DNA of 64,000 nt from Alphaproteobacteria bacterium. Its GTDB lineage: Bacteria > Pseudomonadota > Alphaproteobacteria > UBA828. This document shows positions 59,682 to 64,000 of this stretch, in pieces (position 1 is the first letter of the stretch; the number at the start of each line of letters is the position of its first letter). Both the position numbers and the translations under genes were made by a program. Under the pieces are notes generated by a model. That model was not told the DNA's origin. It ran no database searches and worked only from the letters and a program-made list of their open reading frames with translations. The stretch spans positions 352,001-416,000 of the forward strand of contig CAXXMU010000001.1 of the NCBI GenBank assembly GCA_963667785.2, written 5' to 3'.

Positions 59682-60290
59682 ATGAAAACGCGATACCCAA
59701 TTCTCGGCTTGCTGGCATTCGTATTGATCGTGGCCATTGCGGGCGCAGCCTACGCCTCGTGCACAGGCAGCAACAGGATCACTCGCAGCAACGCCGAGTG
59801 TCTTTCAGGCTGGTGGAACAACAAGAGTTGGCCAAGTAACTCGACCTTTGGCGCGCAGAATCTGTGCCCGGACTGGGGAAAGGTCGTCGCGAAAGTGGAC
59901 ATCAAAAACGCCGGCGACAGGACGTGGCATCTCGCCGACGGCGGCAAGAGGCGCGGCAGCACCTCAAGCACGGTCCGTGACATATACTGCTGCAAGGATC
60001 TCGGCGACAAGATGTGCAACAAGGCTGACAGGGTCTCGGTGGATAGTTGCAAGACGCAGTTCGAGAAAAGCGCTGCCGACGACGACTGCGATCTCGACGG
60101 CGATCCGACCCTCGATGGTACTTCGTCTTGCGTGTTCGATATGACGTGCAACTATACAGGAAATGGTGGGGTAAACTACGAGTACGAGGGCAAACTCGGT
60201 TTATCCTGGCACCGCGCCGATGAGATCGTATTCTGCGGTGAACACATCGGAATACAACCGAGGATGTGGTTGACCACCGGCAGTTGCTGA
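59682..60290 (+). CDS. Secreted cysteine-rich protein, paralog 3 (202 aa, 12 Cys)
   Basis: Signal MKTRYPILGLLAFVLIVAIAGAAYA; ECLSGWWNN, WGKVVAKVD, TWHL, YCCKDLGDKMCNK. Confidence 0.88.
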   Translation: MKTRYPILGLLAFVLIVAIAGAAYASCTGSNRITRSNAECLSGWWNNKSWPSNSTFGAQNLCPDWGKVVAKVDIKNAGDRTWHLADGGKRRGSTSSTVRDIYCCKDLGDKMCNKADRVSVDSCKTQFEKSAADDDCDLDGDPTLDGTSSCVFDMTCNYTGNGGVNYEYEGKLGLSWHRADEIVFCGEHIGIQPRMWLTTGSC

Positions 60291-60405
60291 GCGCCTGACG
60301 ATGGCCGATAGCGGCGCGGCGGCATTCGCTGTTCGGCGTCGGCCGTCGCAGGGCGTTTCGTCCAGGCGAATCGCTGTCCGGACCGGATCGGTCCGGTTGT
60401 GAACG

Positions 60406-61872
60406 ATGAGCGAAGACGAACGGCGCCTAGGGTCCTGGCAGGGTGCCATCCTCCCGATGCGGCCCTGCATGCCCGCGTTCGTGCTGCTGCTCCTCGTGCC
60501 GCTGTTGGTGGCCTCCTGGTTGCCGGCGTCTGGACAGGCGCAGGAGGACGGCGGAGGGGCGGCACTCGAGCTGACGCTGGACGACGCGATCCGGCTGGCG
60601 CTGCATAACAACCGGGACCTGCTGGATGCGCGCCTCTCCCGCACCAACCAGGAGTTCTCCCTGGATGTGGCCGAGGACCGATACCGGCCGACGGCCGCCT
60701 TCAGCCCGGTCGTGCGGGCGGCGCGGGAGCGGGACACGACGGCGGAGCTTGCCGCCGAGACGGGGCTTCGGATCGAGACCGGCGGGCAGTTCTCGTTGCG
60801 CTTCTCGGAGCCCGTTGCGGGCCCGGACGACGCCGACGGGAGAGTCTCGCTCAGCTTCTCGCAGCCGCTGCTGCGGGGCTTCGGGATCGACATCGATACC
60901 GCCCCGCTGCGCATCGCCCGCCTCGGCGACAGGATCAGCGTCCTGGCGTTCCGCGAGACCATCGCCGGCGTCGTGGTCTCCACCATCAATGCGTGGCGCA
61001 ACCTGGTGCGGGCCAGGCGGCAGCTGGAGATCGGCGAGGCCTCGCTGGTGCGCGCCCGCCAGCAGCTCGAGACCAACCGCACGCTGATCGAGGCAGGCCA
61101 GATGGCGGCGCGGGAGATTCTGCAGAGCGAGGCGGACGTCGCGGACCGTGAGCTTGGCCTGGTGCAGACGCGGAACGGCGTGACGACGGCCAACTTCGGA
61201 CTGATCGACATCCTCGATATCGACAGCGCGACGGTGGTCCGCCCGATGGAGTTGCCCGCCGCGCCGCGGCCAACGCTCTCGCTGGCCGACGCGATCGAGA
61301 CGGCGCTCCGACAGTCGCCCCGCTATGCGCGCGCGCTGCTGAACAGGGAGATCGCGGAGATCGACCTGGAGTTGGCCGAGGACAACCAGCTCTGGGATAT
61401 GTCGCTGGATGCCGACGTGTCTCGGGGCGTGGGCGGGGGTGCCGGGGAGACGCACTATTCCGCGGGCCTGCGTCTGACCATCCCGCTGTGGGACCGCGAG
61501 CCCGAGCTCGGTCTCAGAGCGGCGCAGGCCGGGGTCACGCAGGCCGAGCGCGGGCTGGTGGAGCTGCGCCAGTCGATGGACATCCAGGTGCGCCAGGCAG
61601 TGCACGACGTTGAGGTGGGACTCAGGCAGATCGAGCTCGCCCGGCAGGCGCTCAGACTATCGGAGGAGAAGCTCGCGATCGAGCAGAGCAAGCTGCAACA
61701 GGGCCTGTCCTCCATCTTCCAGCTCGCCCGCTTCGAGGATGACCTGGTGCGGGCGCAGAACGCCGAGGTGGACGCACTCGTCGACTACGAGAACGCGCTG
61801 ACGGCGCTGGACCAGACGCTGGGCACGACGCTCGAGACCTGGGGCATCGCGGTGGAGCAGGTGGGGCGATGA
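60406..61872 (+). CDS. TolC family outer membrane efflux protein
   Basis: Signal peptide, LTLDDAIRLALHNN, FSQPLLRGFG, LSLADAIETALRQSP, two OEP-like repeats; start may lie slightly downstream. Confidence 0.88.
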   Translation: MSEDERRLGSWQGAILPMRPCMPAFVLLLLVPLLVASWLPASGQAQEDGGGAALELTLDDAIRLALHNNRDLLDARLSRTNQEFSLDVAEDRYRPTAAFSPVVRAARERDTTAELAAETGLRIETGGQFSLRFSEPVAGPDDADGRVSLSFSQPLLRGFGIDIDTAPLRIARLGDRISVLAFRETIAGVVVSTINAWRNLVRARRQLEIGEASLVRARQQLETNRTLIEAGQMAAREILQSEADVADRELGLVQTRNGVTTANFGLIDILDIDSATVVRPMELPAAPRPTLSLADAIETALRQSPRYARALLNREIAEIDLELAEDNQLWDMSLDADVSRGVGGGAGETHYSAGLRLTIPLWDREPELGLRAAQAGVTQAERGLVELRQSMDIQVRQAVHDVEVGLRQIELARQALRLSEEKLAIEQSKLQQGLSSIFQLARFEDDLVRAQNAEVDALVDYENALTALDQTLGTTLETWGIAVEQVGR

Positions 61873-63653
61873 CGGAGCCGCACACGGACGTCCACGGGCG
61901 CGTGCTGGAGAACCTGCTCGACGGGGTGATGGTGGTCGAGCTCGGCGGCACCATCGCGGTGTTCAATGCGGCGGCCGGCCGTATCCTGGGCATGGCGTCG
62001 GACGAGGTGCTTGGGAAGAGCTTCGCCGAGCTGTTCGTCCCGCACGAGGAGCTGGAAGAGTTCAGCGAGCTCGTGCTCGGCACCGTCGCGGGCGAAGGCG
62101 CGAGCGGCCGGCAGGTGGTGACGCTCGATCCCGGCGGCCAGCCGCGCTCGCTCTCGGTTGCGACCTCCTACATCAGGCAGACCGTCGACGGCGCGTCGGT
62201 GCCGATGGCGCTGGTCGCCGTCTTCAGCGACATCACCGAGCTCAGGGAGTTGCGCGAGACAGAGCTGCGCATGGCGAAGGAGGTGGAGGCGCAGCACACC
62301 GAGCTGCAGTCCGCCTACCGCCAGATCGAGGAGCGCAACGAGACCCTGGCCCGGATGCTGAAGAAGGTCCAGGTGGCGCGGATCATGGCGACGGTGTTGG
62401 TGATCGGCGTGTTCCTGGGGGCCGGCACCTACGTGTGGCAGCCGTTCGACCACGTCGATCTGCCGTTCATCGGCGACTCGTCGGGCTCGTCGATGATCGC
62501 CGAGGCCGGTGCCGATACCGAGAGCGGCCTCTACACCCTGACGGTGGAGCCCGAGCCGGTGCGCGAGACGATCTCGCTGTCTGGACGGCTCGAGCCGTGG
62601 CGGTCGGTCGCGGTGACGAGCCCGCTGGCGAGCCAGATCGCCGTCGTGCACTTCCGCCAGGGCCAGGAGGTGAAGGAGGGCGACCTTCTGATCGAGCTCA
62701 ACACGTCGGAGGCGGTCCGCCTGCACCGCGAGGCGCAGGTGAAGCACATCGAGGCGCTGAGAGCGTTCGAGACCGTCAGGGACTGGGAGAGCGGGTCCGA
62801 GATGGCCGAGGCCCGGCGCTCCTATGCGCGGGCGCGCATGGCGCTGGAGAGCCAGGAGAATCAGTTGAAGCGAGCCGCGTTTCTGCTGGAGCAGGGCCTG
62901 ATTCCCGCATCGGAGCACGAGGATGCGGAGCGCCAGTATCGGGGCCAGCTGCTGGACTTCGAGGCGGCCCAGGAGGATCTCGCCGCGGCGCGTGCCAGGG
63001 GCGGCGGGGAAGCGCTGGACAAGGCGGCGCTGGAGCTGAGGACCGCCGAGGAGGAGCTGCAGGAGCTGGCGCAGAGCCTGGGTCAGAGCCGCATCCATGC
63101 GCCGCTCTCGGGCGTCGTGCTGGCCCATTCCGGCACCTCGCGCCTGCAGGAAGGCAGGAACATCGGCAGGGGCGAGGTGCTGGCGACCATCGGCGACTTC
63201 AGCCGCATGGCGGCGACGGCCAAGGTCGACGAGGTGGACGTGGTGCGGATCGCGGTCGGCCAGCCAGTCTCGGTGACCGGCAATGCCTTCGGCGGCCTGC
63301 GCTTGCGGGGGACCGTGACCCACGTCGCTTCCCAGCCCGACCCCCGGTCGCGGGGCACGCCCCTGTTCGACGTGGCGGTGACGCTGGATCCGCTCGACGA
63401 GGAGCAAAAGGAGCGGATCCGCGCCGGCATGTCGAGCCGCCTCAGGATCGTCGTCTACAGCAAGGAGGCGGCGCTGATGGTGCCGCTCGAGGCGGTGGAG
63501 CAGCGGGGGCGCTCCTACTTGGTGAGCGTGGTCGACCCGTCGACCCGGGAGGTGGGCGAGCGGGAGGTGGTCATCGGACCGACCACCCAGGATTCGGTCG
63601 AGATCACGGCCGGGCTGCAGGCTGGCGACGAGATCGTGATTCGAGAACGATAA
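61869..63653 (+). CDS. PAS-domain-fused periplasmic adaptor (MacA/RND-type membrane fusion protein)
   Basis: ENLLDGVMVV..G.I..FNAAAGRILG...VFSDITE (PAS), coiled coil, one TM, then GQEVKEGDLL, IHAPLSGVV, VDEVDV, RAGMSS, GLQAGDEI; ATGA overlap with tolC. Confidence 0.88.
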   Translation: MTEPHTDVHGRVLENLLDGVMVVELGGTIAVFNAAAGRILGMASDEVLGKSFAELFVPHEELEEFSELVLGTVAGEGASGRQVVTLDPGGQPRSLSVATSYIRQTVDGASVPMALVAVFSDITELRELRETELRMAKEVEAQHTELQSAYRQIEERNETLARMLKKVQVARIMATVLVIGVFLGAGTYVWQPFDHVDLPFIGDSSGSSMIAEAGADTESGLYTLTVEPEPVRETISLSGRLEPWRSVAVTSPLASQIAVVHFRQGQEVKEGDLLIELNTSEAVRLHREAQVKHIEALRAFETVRDWESGSEMAEARRSYARARMALESQENQLKRAAFLLEQGLIPASEHEDAERQYRGQLLDFEAAQEDLAAARARGGGEALDKAALELRTAEEELQELAQSLGQSRIHAPLSGVVLAHSGTSRLQEGRNIGRGEVLATIGDFSRMAATAKVDEVDVVRIAVGQPVSVTGNAFGGLRLRGTVTHVASQPDPRSRGTPLFDVAVTLDPLDEEQKERIRAGMSSRLRIVVYSKEAALMVPLEAVEQRGRSYLVSVVDPSTREVGEREVVIGPTTQDSVEITAGLQAGDEIVIRER

Positions 63654-63667
63654 CCATAAGCTTCGCA

Positions 63668-64000
<333 letters not shown>

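Noticed and set aside
56461-60290. CRISPR array or integron cassette array
   Set aside because: The repeats are hundreds of nt long and precede paralogous genes; no short repeat-spacer periodicity, cas gene, integrase or clear attC
57240-60290. Diversity-generating retroelement or RiPP precursors
   Set aside because: No reverse transcriptase or adenine-specific variation seen; the proteins are ~200 aa with Sec signals and no modifying enzymes are nearby

Overview
High-GC alphaproteobacterial (Rhodospirillales-like) chromosomal window with two distinct parts. The first part (1-~48.5 kb) is core and catabolic: the tail of an Urt-type ABC ATPase, an N,N-dimethylformamidase operon with an atypical Rieske-like gene, xseB-ispA-tlyA (dxs absent), GST/amidase/Gfo/RidA, cdsA, the miaB-phoH-ybeY-corC-lnt operon, tartrate/D-malate dehydrogenase, rpsM-rpsK-rpoA-rplQ, gcdH-otnK-otnC, mucR, a PLP decarboxylase, paaK, pheA, iorAB, transporters, dinB, an SH3-MORN secreted protein, boxCB with benzoate-CoA ligase, and pgi. 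It also holds two CTAG-ended miniature inverted-repeat elements and a candidate small RNA. The second part (~48,568 to the end) is an accessory island that starts at an IS21-like terminus. It carries a LysR regulator, a STAS protein, a GAF-PAS-kinase-receiver-OmpR single-chain regulator, a lipoprotein S8 protease with a beta-barrel-like C-terminus, and IS remnants. It then has three paralogous Sec-signal, 12-14-Cys secreted proteins, two behind full copies and one behind a partial copy of a conserved 379-nt non-coding leader. These are followed by a TolC / PAS-fused adaptor / MacB-type ABC exporter. This island is the best candidate for an undescribed system: regulated export of disulfide-rich, possibly lectin-like proteins. 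All calls come from reading motifs by eye; no database searches were run.
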